This document shows positions 54,222 to 62,237 of a stretch of DNA of 64,000 nt, one piece after another. The DNA is from a virus. Each line of letters starts with the position of its first letter. Positions within the stretch are counted from its first letter, which is position 1. The notes below the pieces were generated by a model that did not search any database, was not told the origin of the DNA, and worked only from the letters and a program-made list of their open reading frames with translations. The position numbers were made by a program, and so were the translations under genes. The stretch covers positions 10,707-74,706 of the IMG/VR virus record IMGVR_UViG_3300033463_000089; one strand, given 5' to 3'.

Positions 54222-54464
54222 ATGAACAAACAAGAGATTAAGAAGAAAGTCACAGCGATTATTGTCGACAAGCTGGGCGTAGAACCCGACGTAGTGAAAG
54301 ACGATGCTAAGTTCGGAGACGATCTCGGCGGCGACAGCATTGACTTCGTAGACGCAGAGATAGCCTTTGAGAGAGAGTTTGGTATCACCATCCACGATGA
54401 TAGGTTTTGCAAGTGTGAGACCATCGGGGAAATGTGTGACTTCATCGAGAAGCAGATGCAATAA
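54222..54464 (+). CDS. Acyl carrier protein
   Basis: 80 aa. LGVEPDVVKDDAKFGDDLGGDSIDFVDAEIAFEREFGITI carries the DSxD phosphopantetheine-attachment signature (Ser codon 54336-54338). Confidence 0.7.
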   Translation: MNKQEIKKKVTAIIVDKLGVEPDVVKDDAKFGDDLGGDSIDFVDAEIAFEREFGITIHDDRFCKCETIGEMCDFIEKQMQ

Positions 54465-54497
54465 CCCATTTATATTCATCCTTAAAACAAAGCAATT

Positions 54498-54788
54498 ATG
54501 TATTCTGAAATGTTAAACAAGAAAGTCCTGGTTCGCAGTTATGACGCAGGCGTGTATTTTGGTACACTCACAAAGGTAGAAGGTGATGTTGCTCGCCTTG
54601 AAAATGTTCGTAACATCTGGCGATGGGAAGGTGCCTCGTGTCTCTCGCAAATTGCCAACGATGGCATTAAGGGAGGTAATGTATCTCCTGTCGTATCAAG
54701 CATGGTGCTGAATAGGGTATGTCAGATTATCCCCTGCACAGAAAGCGCAATCAAGAACTTAGAAGGTCAGAGTGTATGGCAGTATTAG
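54498..54788 (+). CDS. Hypothetical protein (96 aa), widespread phage family of unknown function
   Basis: VLVRSYDAGVYFGTLTKVEGDVARLENVRNIWRWEGA pattern recalled from other phages. Confidence 0.5.
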   Translation: MYSEMLNKKVLVRSYDAGVYFGTLTKVEGDVARLENVRNIWRWEGASCLSQIANDGIKGGNVSPVVSSMVLNRVCQIIPCTESAIKNLEGQSVWQY

Positions 54789-55531
54789 AAGATAAGATAA
54801 TAGCATTCCTTGATGTTGGCTACGGCAACGGCTACGGCAACGGCTACGGCAACGGCGACGGCGACGGCTACGGCTACGGCAACGGCTACGGCAACGGCAA
54901 CGGCTACGGCAACGGCTACGGCAACGGCAACGGCTACGGCAACGGCGACGGCTACGGCGACGGCTACGGCGACGGCTACGGCTACGGCTACGGCTACGGC
55001 AACGGCGACGGCTACGGCGACGGCTACGGCGACGGCTACGGCTACGGCTACGGCTACGGCATTGCTGAAATCAACGGAAAGAAAGTCTATAAGGTCGATG
55101 GTGTACCAACGATTATCGAGTCTATCAAGGGTAATATCGCCAAAGGCTACACCATTCGCCACAACGTTGAACTTGTACCTTGTTATGTCGCCAAGGTTGG
55201 CAATTACTTTGCTCACGGCGAGACCTCTCACGAAGCCCTGCAAGCTGCACAAGAGAAATATGACGAGAACAGACCTTTGTCAGAACGGATAGCTGATACT
55301 ATCAGGAAGTACCCAACCCTTGATACAAAGGTGTCTCACTCTGAGTTATACTCACTGCACCATATACTCACTGGCAGCTGCAAGTTCGGGCGTGATGAGT
55401 TTGCGCGAGCACACGGGATTGACACGAAGAACGGAGAAATGACTATGCGTGAGTTCATCGAACTAACCAAGGATGCCTACGACTCTGAAGCTATCGAGCA
55501 ACTGGCCGGGGCCTACAATATTAACATTTAA
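54776..55531 (+). CDS. Gly-Tyr/Asn/Asp dipeptide-repeat protein with conserved C-terminal domain
   Basis: 251 aa from ATG 54776. About 40 G-[YND] dipeptides, followed by a 155-aa globular domain (GETSHEALQAAQEKY...LTGSCKFGRDEF). Confidence 0.6.
   Translation: MAVLEDKIIAFLDVGYGNGYGNGYGNGDGDGYGYGNGYGNGNGYGNGYGNGNGYGNGDGYGDGYGDGYGYGYGYGNGDGYGDGYGDGYGYGYGYGIAEINGKKVYKVDGVPTIIESIKGNIAKGYTIRHNVELVPCYVAKVGNYFAHGETSHEALQAAQEKYDENRPLSERIADTIRKYPTLDTKVSHSELYSLHHILTGSCKFGRDEFARAHGIDTKNGEMTMREFIELTKDAYDSEAIEQLAGAYNINI
54818..55060. repeat. Tandem hexamer repeat GGC-[T/A/G]AC (about 40 units), including a perfect 60-bp tandem duplication
   Basis: 54941-55000 is identical to 55001-55060. All frames on both strands are open across it. 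Confidence 0.95.
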
Positions 55532-55541
55532 CAAAACAATT

Positions 55542-55745
55542 ATGGCAAACAAAACAAATTCTTCGACTGGAGGTATTGGATTCCTCGGACTTCTCACGAT
55601 TGTATTTATCGTGCTCAAACTATGTAACGTGATTTCATGGTCATGGTGGTGGGTACTCTCCCCGTTCTGGATTCCTATTGCTGTGGCAGTAATCATTGGA
55701 GTGGTGTGTTTAGGCATAGGCATAGCACGGAAGGAACAATACTAA
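55542..55745 (+). CDS. Small membrane protein (67 aa)
   Basis: Two hydrophobic helices GIGFLGLLTIVFIVL and WWVLSPFWIPIAVAVIIGVVCLGI. Confidence 0.45.
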   Translation: MANKTNSSTGGIGFLGLLTIVFIVLKLCNVISWSWWWVLSPFWIPIAVAVIIGVVCLGIGIARKEQY

Positions 55746-55834
55746 CTCATCGGGCAGGGCGACACGGAAAATAACTAAAAACAATAAATTCAAAATAGGG
55801 AAACTCCACCGCCCTGCCCTTAACTCTCTCAACA

Positions 55835-56023
55835 ATGAAACAATACTGCGTAACAGGCGTATCAAAGCTGTCAGGACAGCGTGAAACACTCACACCGCCA
55901 TGTTCACGACAAAACGCCTTGCATATCCTCAACCGGGAAAAGGCAAAGCGACTGCGCGACAGGGACTACACCCTCCTGCGGATGGAGTCTTACCCACCCC
56001 AACAAATGACAATACAATTGTAA
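55835..56023 (+). CDS. Hypothetical small protein (62 aa)
   Basis: ORF only; weak support. Confidence 0.3.
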   Translation: MKQYCVTGVSKLSGQRETLTPPCSRQNALHILNREKAKRLRDRDYTLLRMESYPPQQMTIQL

Positions 56024-56043
56024 CTAACAAACCCCAATCAACA

Positions 56044-56502
56044 ATGAGAACAAGAACAGCAAACTGGTTCGTATGCCGAGTATCATACGAGAAGACAATG
56101 GATGACGGCCTCCTGAAGAAAGTGAAAGAGCTGTACGTCGTTGATGCCCTTAGCTTCACCGAGGCCGAGGCCCGCATCATGGAAGAAATGGCATCGTACA
56201 TCAGCGGCGAGTATGACATTCAGGAGATTGACCGCGCCCCCTACAAGGAAATCTTCTTCTCTGACATGGATTCTGCCGACAAGTGGTACAAGTCCAAGGT
56301 GCAGTTTGTCACCATCGACGAGAAGACCGCCAAGGAGCATAAGACCACCGTGAACTATCTCGTTCAGGGCAGCAGCCTGGAGAACGCCCGTAAGAACATC
56401 GACGAGGTCATGGGAGCCACCATGATTAACTACACCATTGCTGCCGTGGCCGAGACCACCATCATGGACGTGTTTGAACATAGTAAGACATTAGCTAAGT
56501 GA
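56044..56502 (+). CDS. DUF4494-like protein
   Basis: 152 aa from ATG 56044. NWFVCRVSYEKTMDDGLLKKVKELYVVDALSFTEAEARIMEEM...ETTIMDVF matches my memory of this Bacteroidales family. Confidence 0.6.
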   Translation: MRTRTANWFVCRVSYEKTMDDGLLKKVKELYVVDALSFTEAEARIMEEMASYISGEYDIQEIDRAPYKEIFFSDMDSADKWYKSKVQFVTIDEKTAKEHKTTVNYLVQGSSLENARKNIDEVMGATMINYTIAAVAETTIMDVFEHSKTLAK

Positions 56503-56516
56503 ATTGTGCGGAGAAA

Positions 56517-56888
56517 ATGAAGATTGGACTCGTTGACATAGACGGACACGCGAAGAAAAAGAAATGGGGAGCGACGATCTACCCGAACCTCGCGCTTTGC
56601 AAGATTGCGAGATACCACAAGCAGCATGGCGACGATGTAGAGTGGGCTTTCCCATTCGAGCACTATGACGTGGTGTATATGTCGAAGGTGTTCAACTTCT
56701 CGCCCGACGATCCACAGGCTTTCGCCTTCTTCCAGCTCGTTGAGGCTTGGCGCAACAAGTGGCATCAGTACTTCGCCTATCGCCGGGACGCTAAGAGCGA
56801 CAAGCGCGTCCTGCAGATGATGCGCAACCAGTGCTTTGCCTACGAAAGAGAGATAGACAAATATGTAACTAACGCTATAGGATTATGA
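56517..56888 (+). CDS. Protein whose first ~60 aa resemble the N-terminus of phage radical-SAM/B12-binding-domain proteins; no Cys motif follows (truncated or fused remnant?)
   Basis: MKIGLVDIDGH...YPNLALCKIARYHKQHGDDVEW...YDVVYMSKVFNFSPDD, then unrelated sequence and a stop at 123 aa. Confidence 0.4.
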   Translation: MKIGLVDIDGHAKKKKWGATIYPNLALCKIARYHKQHGDDVEWAFPFEHYDVVYMSKVFNFSPDDPQAFAFFQLVEAWRNKWHQYFAYRRDAKSDKRVLQMMRNQCFAYEREIDKYVTNAIGL

Positions 56889-57163
56889 AATACAAAATTC
56901 TAGCAAAAGGAGTATTAGATGTAGAGTTTACTCCGGAAGAATCGTTTCTATTCAAGCCTTACTTAGGGTTGTACTTTCTGAGAGACGGAGATTTACATCC
57001 CGAAAGGATAGACAAGTTTTCTTTGATGAGGTATCAATATACAGATACATTTCTAGACAACTTGTGGAGAAATGGGTTACTCTTTAAGACATTGGAAGAC
57101 GCTGAAAAGGCTAGAGAGTGTATGCTGAAAGCTCTGCATAATAATCTAACAGTAAAGCTATGA
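56885..57163 (+). CDS. Hypothetical protein (92 aa)
   Basis: ATGA overlap upstream. Confidence 0.45.
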   Translation: MKYKILAKGVLDVEFTPEESFLFKPYLGLYFLRDGDLHPERIDKFSLMRYQYTDTFLDNLWRNGLLFKTLEDAEKARECMLKALHNNLTVKL

Positions 57164-57231
57164 CCGTCTACATCCATCGGCCTCAGCGTCATCTTCGAAG
57201 ATTTTGATAACCGAATTAAATTTGAATAATT

Positions 57232-57343
57232 ATGGCAACAAAAGGACCAACAGAGAAGATGCGGCTCACGATTGAGTTCGCTGACAACGGCATTATCTTG
57301 CGCGACCCGGACTGCGAGGATAGTGTAGAACTAGCGCTGACGG
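57232..57343 (+). repeat. Copy 2 of the ~112-bp direct repeat (partner 53273-53384)
   Basis: See copy 1. Confidence 0.75.
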
Positions 57344-57531
57344 GCAATGGCACGATGATGTCAATGGGCGGCGAATACTACGACCCCGACCACAGCCAAG
57401 AGTATGAGGCTATCGGCAAGAAGGTGTACGACTGGCTGACCGAGGTAGTGGTTTGCGACCACAGGGACGAGATAATAGCCACAGGCGCAGAGATTGAAGT
57501 TATAGCAACGTTAACAGGACGTAAACGATAA
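57232..57531 (+). CDS. Hypothetical protein (99 aa), intact paralog of 53273-53671
   Basis: Shares its N-terminal 37 aa with 53273-53671. Normal composition throughout. Confidence 0.5.
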   Translation: MATKGPTEKMRLTIEFADNGIILRDPDCEDSVELALTGNGTMMSMGGEYYDPDHSQEYEAIGKKVYDWLTEVVVCDHRDEIIATGAEIEVIATLTGRKR

Positions 57532-57542
57532 ACAATAAGACT

Positions 57543-57851
57543 ATGGATAAACTCTTAGAAATCCTACAAGGTCAGCGCAAAGAGGTACTACAATACCTCG
57601 TGTTGAAACTCATGGAAAGCGGCAGTATCTCCTTCGCAGAGATAGCAGAGCTTCACGTTCAGTATTTAGAGAAGCTAAAGAAAGCTGAAAAGGAAGAGCT
57701 GATGACGCTCAGAGGCAAGGTAATCTCTACGTGGTGTGACTATAAGAATCAGGTTGGCAAGCATCTTGTCTCGCTCATGCAAGAGGCAAAGGATAAGGGG
57801 TGGGCTAACATTTCACAAGAACAGATTGATAACTCTAAATGGAATAGATAA
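57543..57851 (+). CDS. Hypothetical protein (102 aa)
   Basis: Clean ORF. Confidence 0.5.
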   Translation: MDKLLEILQGQRKEVLQYLVLKLMESGSISFAEIAELHVQYLEKLKKAEKEELMTLRGKVISTWCDYKNQVGKHLVSLMQEAKDKGWANISQEQIDNSKWNR

Positions 57852-57907
57852 TTACGAAGTTTACATTAAGACTATAAGATTATGACAAAACATAAATAAG
57901 AAAGCGT

Positions 57908-58147
57908 ATGAAGAGTATCAAAGAAAGAGCAGAAGAATATGCTCCATATACAAGAGAGGATTCTTGGAGTAGGACGCAAAAATGTATTATCGCGCAAACA
58001 TCCTTTGAGGCAGGTGCGAACTATGTGCTTGAAGAGATAGAAAGTGTTCTTAAAGAAGACGAATGTAATGATAGACCTTGGTTACTTAAAGGAGAACGTT
58101 TATATAACAAATTAGCAACAAAGATTAAAGAACTTAAAGGGGAATAA
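57908..58147 (+). CDS. Hypothetical protein (79 aa)
   Basis: Clean ORF at the start of an AT-rich block. Confidence 0.45.
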   Translation: MKSIKERAEEYAPYTREDSWSRTQKCIIAQTSFEAGANYVLEEIESVLKEDECNDRPWLLKGERLYNKLATKIKELKGE

Positions 58148-58149
58148 CT

Positions 58150-58335
58150 ATGCCGTACTATCAAGGAGATATAATGCACTGTCGCAATGAAAAGTGTGCA
58201 TCCAAACTATTATGTTATCGTTATTGGCTCGGACAACGTGCCAAGTTCTACGGTGGTATCGTGACTATGTTTACTTTAGACGAAAAAACGAACAAAGATA
58301 AGTGTGAGAATTTTTTGTATATAAAAAACTATTAA
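58150..58335 (+). CDS. Small Cys-containing protein (61 aa)
   Basis: Starts 3 nt after the upstream stop. Confidence 0.4.
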   Translation: MPYYQGDIMHCRNEKCASKLLCYRYWLGQRAKFYGGIVTMFTLDEKTNKDKCENFLYIKNY

Positions 58336-58347
58336 ACAAAATAAATT

Positions 58348-59466
58348 ATGGACTACGAAAAGGAATACAAAGAACTCGTTGCCAAGTTGACAAATGCTTA
58401 CAACGATGAAAGTGTGAACGATGACCGTTTCTGCTGCGTGATGAATGGTATCATGCCCGAACTCGCAGAGAGCGAGGATGAGAATATCAGGAAAGAGCTG
58501 CTATCACTATTCAAAGATGGTAGGGATGGTGTAAGTCATATATATTATGACTCTGATTGTGAAAGGTACATTGCTTGGCTTGAAAAGCAAGGCGAGCAGA
58601 AGCCTTTGGTTGTTCATAAGTTTAATGTTGGTGATGTTATTGTAAATGACTATTGTATGGGTAGAGTGATTGAACTCACAAACGATGCCTATTTGTTAGA
58701 TACTGAACAGGGTATTCCATTCTCTCATGAGCATAATGCACATCTTTGGACTATCAAAGATGCAAAGGATGGCGATGTGCTTTATTTACAAAAAGACGGT
58801 AAAGAACATATAATCATATATAAAGGAGTAATCAAAGAAAGATTTAGGACTTTCGTAAGTGCATATTGTGCATATAATGGCATAGTTGATGCTTTCTGTT
58901 TTGCGGATGTCAGTAGATATGTAGATATAGCATACGAAGGTATTATGCCAGCAACCAAAGAACAGCGTGACCTCTTATTCCAAAAGATGAAAGAAGAAGG
59001 ATATGAGTGGGATGCTGATAAGAAAGAATTGAAGAAGATTGAACAGAACCCTACTTGGAGTGAAGAGGATGAAATCATGGTTGCAAGAATAATAGATGAG
59101 TTAGTAGCAATGCAGCATAAGTCTAAAACTGTCATCGAAAAGAATTTTTGCCAAGAAAAAATTGATTGGCTTAATTCTATCAAAGACAGAGTTCTTCCAC
59201 AGCCAAAGCAAGAGTGGAGCGAAGAAGATGAAAAACACTTAAAAGGTATTTCATTATGTCTTTCATCTATTGATAATCTTGAAGACCCTGAAACATGGAT
59301 TAATTGGTTTAAAAATCTCAAAGACAGAGTACAATCGAAACCAAAACAGTGGAAGCCAACGGAGATGCAATTAACTTGCTTAGAAGATGCCATAAACGCA
59401 TATCATAGAGATGGTCATCCTGCAAAATGTTTAACATCACTTTTGAACGACTTAAAAGCATTATAG
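58348..59466 (+). CDS. Repeat-containing protein (372 aa) with K-P-x-x-E-W-S-E-E-D-E modules
   Basis: Internal repeats NPTWSEEDEIM, PKQEWSEEDEKHL and KPKQWKPTEMQL, each preceded by W[LF]..[IL]KDRV. Confidence 0.55.
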   Translation: MDYEKEYKELVAKLTNAYNDESVNDDRFCCVMNGIMPELAESEDENIRKELLSLFKDGRDGVSHIYYDSDCERYIAWLEKQGEQKPLVVHKFNVGDVIVNDYCMGRVIELTNDAYLLDTEQGIPFSHEHNAHLWTIKDAKDGDVLYLQKDGKEHIIIYKGVIKERFRTFVSAYCAYNGIVDAFCFADVSRYVDIAYEGIMPATKEQRDLLFQKMKEEGYEWDADKKELKKIEQNPTWSEEDEIMVARIIDELVAMQHKSKTVIEKNFCQEKIDWLNSIKDRVLPQPKQEWSEEDEKHLKGISLCLSSIDNLEDPETWINWFKNLKDRVQSKPKQWKPTEMQLTCLEDAINAYHRDGHPAKCLTSLLNDLKAL

Positions 59467-59468
59467 TT

Positions 59469-59684
59469 ATGAAAGCGAACGCGCCAGAAAAGATTTGGGT
59501 TCACGAACTATCCGCAATGGAATTAAATGTACCATTGAAAGAGTGTCATGTGGAGTACACCCGTACTGATGTCTTTATTGAGAAGGCATATAAGTTTTTT
59601 GCACCATATATTCAAGATAACAGTGGTGGGTATGATAGGGCTTATATGTATGAGAGATTCAAAAACTATATGAAAGGAGAGTAA
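59469..59684 (+). CDS. Hypothetical protein (71 aa)
   Basis: ATG 59469 follows the upstream stop. Confidence 0.4.
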   Translation: MKANAPEKIWVHELSAMELNVPLKECHVEYTRTDVFIEKAYKFFAPYIQDNSGGYDRAYMYERFKNYMKGE

Positions 59685-59687
59685 GGT

Positions 59688-60008
59688 ATGAAGATAGAAG
59701 CATTTGAAACCGAATATAGTGTAGAAGATGTCGTTTGGTTTATGTATAAAAACAAACCAACAAGAGGTCTTGTATATAAAGTTGAAGTTCGGTTTGAAGA
59801 AGAAGCCAATTTGTCTTGGACTGAAAAATGCAAGAACATTGTTAAGAAACTAAAATCCTATTTTGACGAGCATTCTTTTGAAAAGCATGTGTCTTATCGT
59901 GTGCTTAAAATAAATAATGACGATACATATTACGGTGTAGGAGGCTTTAGTTACAAAACAGCAGATGAATTATTCCATACAAAAGAAGAATTGTTAAAAT
60001 CTTTATAA
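59688..60008 (+). CDS. Hypothetical protein (106 aa)
   Basis: ATG preceded by AAAGGAGAGTAAGGT. Confidence 0.45.
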   Translation: MKIEAFETEYSVEDVVWFMYKNKPTRGLVYKVEVRFEEEANLSWTEKCKNIVKKLKSYFDEHSFEKHVSYRVLKINNDDTYYGVGGFSYKTADELFHTKEELLKSL

Positions 60009-60010
60009 TC

Positions 60011-60445
60011 ATGGCACAGTACATAGACAAAGACGCTTTAATAGCGGAGATTGAGAAAAGACAAAAAGAAGAAGTGTTTTATGATGAAGATGGTTCATTT
60101 GCTTCATGGGCAGACCAGAATCACTATTCTACTTTGGTGTCTATTAAAAATTTTATTAACACCTTTGAAGTGAAAGAGGTGGACTTGGAGAAAGAAATTG
60201 ACAACTATCTTCAACCATTAGCGGCATGGGAAATTCAAGAGGCACCATTTACTTCAATGGAAAATATCGCCAAACATTTCTTTGAACTTGGTGTATGGGT
60301 TAACAATCCTATCACAGCAGCAGATAGAGGTACGGCAGAGGAAATCATCATCAACCTTAAACGAGTAGAGAATGATTATAGAATAAACCTTACAAAAGAA
60401 ATTGAATGGTTAAGAAATAAAGTCAAGAAAGGAGAAGAAATATGA
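60011..60445 (+). CDS. Hypothetical protein (144 aa)
   Basis: Shares the VDLEKEI...HFFELGVW pattern with 60778-61416 (SEDLEEAA...FFWGAQW). Confidence 0.5.
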   Translation: MAQYIDKDALIAEIEKRQKEEVFYDEDGSFASWADQNHYSTLVSIKNFINTFEVKEVDLEKEIDNYLQPLAAWEIQEAPFTSMENIAKHFFELGVWVNNPITAADRGTAEEIIINLKRVENDYRINLTKEIEWLRNKVKKGEEI

Positions 60446-60552
60446 TTTGGATTACATTATCTTGTATTATGATAGCCATTACTGTAGGAGGCTTGTTTTA
60501 TATAATAGAACAAAATAATAAAGCACAGAAAGGAGAAAAGTATGTTAAATAG
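60442..60552 (+). CDS. Tiny membrane ORF (36 aa)
   Basis: ATGA overlap. Helix IWITLSCIMIAITVGGLFYII. Confidence 0.3.
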   Translation: MIWITLSCIMIAITVGGLFYIIEQNNKAQKGEKYVK

Positions 60553-60640
60553 TAATTCTGGATTCTGTTTGTCCGATGGTTCAAACTGTTTCAAATGTGC
60601 CCTCTTACGTTGGTGTGGGGGCAGACGAAGAAGAAACTAA
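60542..60640 (+). CDS. Tiny Cys-rich basic ORF (32 aa)
   Basis: Preceded by AAAGGAGAAAAGT. Sequence MLNSNSGFCLSDGSNCFKCALLRWCGGRRRRN. Confidence 0.25.
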   Translation: MLNSNSGFCLSDGSNCFKCALLRWCGGRRRRN

Positions 60641-60651
60641 ATATAAAAGTT

Positions 60652-60750
60652 ATGGAAAATAGAATTGCATTGGTAATCATTGCTGTTTTAATAGTAGCAG
60701 CACCATTTATATTGTATTTTTGGCAAGGAAGAAATGGAGGTATCGGATGA
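60652..60750 (+). CDS. Tiny membrane ORF (32 aa)
   Basis: Helix IALVIIAVLIVAAPFILYFW. Confidence 0.25.
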   Translation: MENRIALVIIAVLIVAAPFILYFWQGRNGGIG

Positions 60751-60777
60751 TAGGCAAAGCACAGAAAGGAGAATAGT

Positions 60778-61416
60778 ATGACAGACAAAGTACAGAAAAT
60801 CCGTGAAGAGGTTGAAAGACTAATGTACGGTTTCAATTTGGAGGCAGACATAGCATCGTGTGAAGATGCTGAAACCGAAAAATTCGCAGATATAAAGTAT
60901 CAGTTATGTAAGAAAATACTTGACTATATAGACAAGGCTCAAGAAGAGCCTGTAAGCGAGGACTTGGAGGAGGCGGCAATACAATTTGCTACTGATACTG
61001 TAACCGGGAAGGTTGATGTTGTAAAACAGGGTTCATTCTTCTGGGGTGCTCAGTGGAAAGAGCGGCAGTTTGAAAAGAATCGCTTGAAACATTGTGATAG
61101 CATAACCAATGAACAGGCAGAGTTGGAGCAAGGTTTTATTGACCAGCATATTGATAAGCATCAGCGTATGCCAACATTCTTGGATGCTATCGAGTATGGA
61201 ATGAGGTTGCAGAAAGAGAAAATGATGGCAAATACTGCCGACGCTATGATTGGTTTGCCTTACGAAAACAAGGATACTGAAACTTGTAAAAGCTGCAAGC
61301 GCAGATACGATGATGCTCATCTTTCTTTTCCAGACTGCTGGGATGGGCATAAGGAAGAAAACAAGAGGAGAGGAACTGGGTGCAAATATTATGTATTTGA
61401 CGAAAACATTTTATAG
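60778..61416 (+). CDS. Hypothetical protein (212 aa), last gene of the early operon
   Basis: ATG preceded by AAAGGAGAATAGT. C-terminal Cys cluster CKSCKRRYDD...CWDGH...GCKYY. Confidence 0.5.
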   Translation: MTDKVQKIREEVERLMYGFNLEADIASCEDAETEKFADIKYQLCKKILDYIDKAQEEPVSEDLEEAAIQFATDTVTGKVDVVKQGSFFWGAQWKERQFEKNRLKHCDSITNEQAELEQGFIDQHIDKHQRMPTFLDAIEYGMRLQKEKMMANTADAMIGLPYENKDTETCKSCKRRYDDAHLSFPDCWDGHKEENKRRGTGCKYYVFDENIL

Positions 61417-61460
61417 GATGAATGTATTAGATAAAAAAACATGATTATCTTGCAGAACAA

Positions 61461-61500
61461 CCCCGACCATTCATCTCGAGTGGCCGGGGCTTTTTCTTTC
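61461..61500 (+). terminator. Rho-independent terminator of the early operon
   Basis: CCCCGACCA (61461-61469) pairs with TGGCCGGGG (61481-61489) with one mismatch, followed by CTTTTTCTTTC. Confidence 0.7.
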
Positions 61501-61643
61501 TCCTTTCATCTTCACAGACTTTCCAAGAAATCAACAATAACTTAGCTTTTAGTTACTAATCGTGATGAAAAAACTAATCTACAAACACTATGTACCTAAA
61601 ACAAATTTAATAACCTAATAACATATAGAAACTGTAAAACTAT

Positions 61644-61673
61644 GAAAAAAAACTACGTTGCCATCGCTATGGC
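61644..61673 (-). terminator. Weak - strand terminator after the lysis cassette
   Basis: GCCAT/ATGGC hairpin (61660-61673), then a run of T on the - strand (A-run 61644-61652 on +). Confidence 0.35.
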
Positions 61674-61700
61674 TCCCAAAATTAACGAAAACACACATTA

Positions 61701-62237
61701 TTAATTATGTTTGAACCTAATCGGAATGGAATACTGAACACCCACGCCTATTCCCGGTTGTAGTCCCTTGGGCGTAGCATATAGTCCGCCCTGCAAGCCT
61801 ACAGACCATTGTGACGGCTGGACGGTGTTCGTGATGACGGTGTTCGTCTGATAGACCTCTATACTCTCCAGCCTTGGATCGTAACCCGATACCACGGCCT
61901 TATATGTCGAACTGTCCGTGTACGTCTTCAAGCTGATGGGTATCACTGCCACACCATCCTCCACCCTGATAATGGTGTCGTGCTTGACAAACGTGTCCGG
62001 CGCAACGCTGATGGGCACATACTTATACCTCACCACCTCCTGCGTCACTACCTGCGTCTCCAGCTTCTCAAACGGAATCTTCACTGTATCTCTCACCGTC
62101 ACCGTGTCGGAGTGCGCTATCAGCCCCTCGTCTGCGCCCATCTGTCCTGTGCACCGTCCGAGACAGAAAGCTGCCACCATCAGCACCACAAGGATAGCCA
62201 ACGCTATCAGCAAGTCCTTTATGTCCTTTGTATTCAT
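61701..62237 (-). CDS. Membrane-anchored beta-rich protein, lysis accessory (spanin-like?)
   Basis: 178 aa. N-terminal TM LLIALAILVVLMVAAFCLG, then a beta-strand-like C-terminus GLQGGLYATPKGLQPGIGVGVQYSIPIRF. Last gene of the lysis cassette. Confidence 0.45.
   Translation of the reverse strand: MNTKDIKDLLIALAILVVLMVAAFCLGRCTGQMGADEGLIAHSDTVTVRDTVKIPFEKLETQVVTQEVVRYKYVPISVAPDTFVKHDTIIRVEDGVAVIPISLKTYTDSSTYKAVVSGYDPRLESIEVYQTNTVITNTVQPSQWSVGLQGGLYATPKGLQPGIGVGVQYSIPIRFKHN

Noticed and set aside
54818-55060. Tandem repeat array as a CRISPR or minisatellite locus
   Set aside because: The units are 6 nt with no spacers, and the array lies in-frame within a coding sequence.
54785-55292. ORFs encoding poly(Ala-Thr) (54810-55292, +) and poly(Ala-Val) (54785-55252, -)
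   Set aside because: They are alternative frames of the GGC-NAC hexamer array. Only the Gly-Tyr frame connects to a proper start and a globular C-terminal domain.
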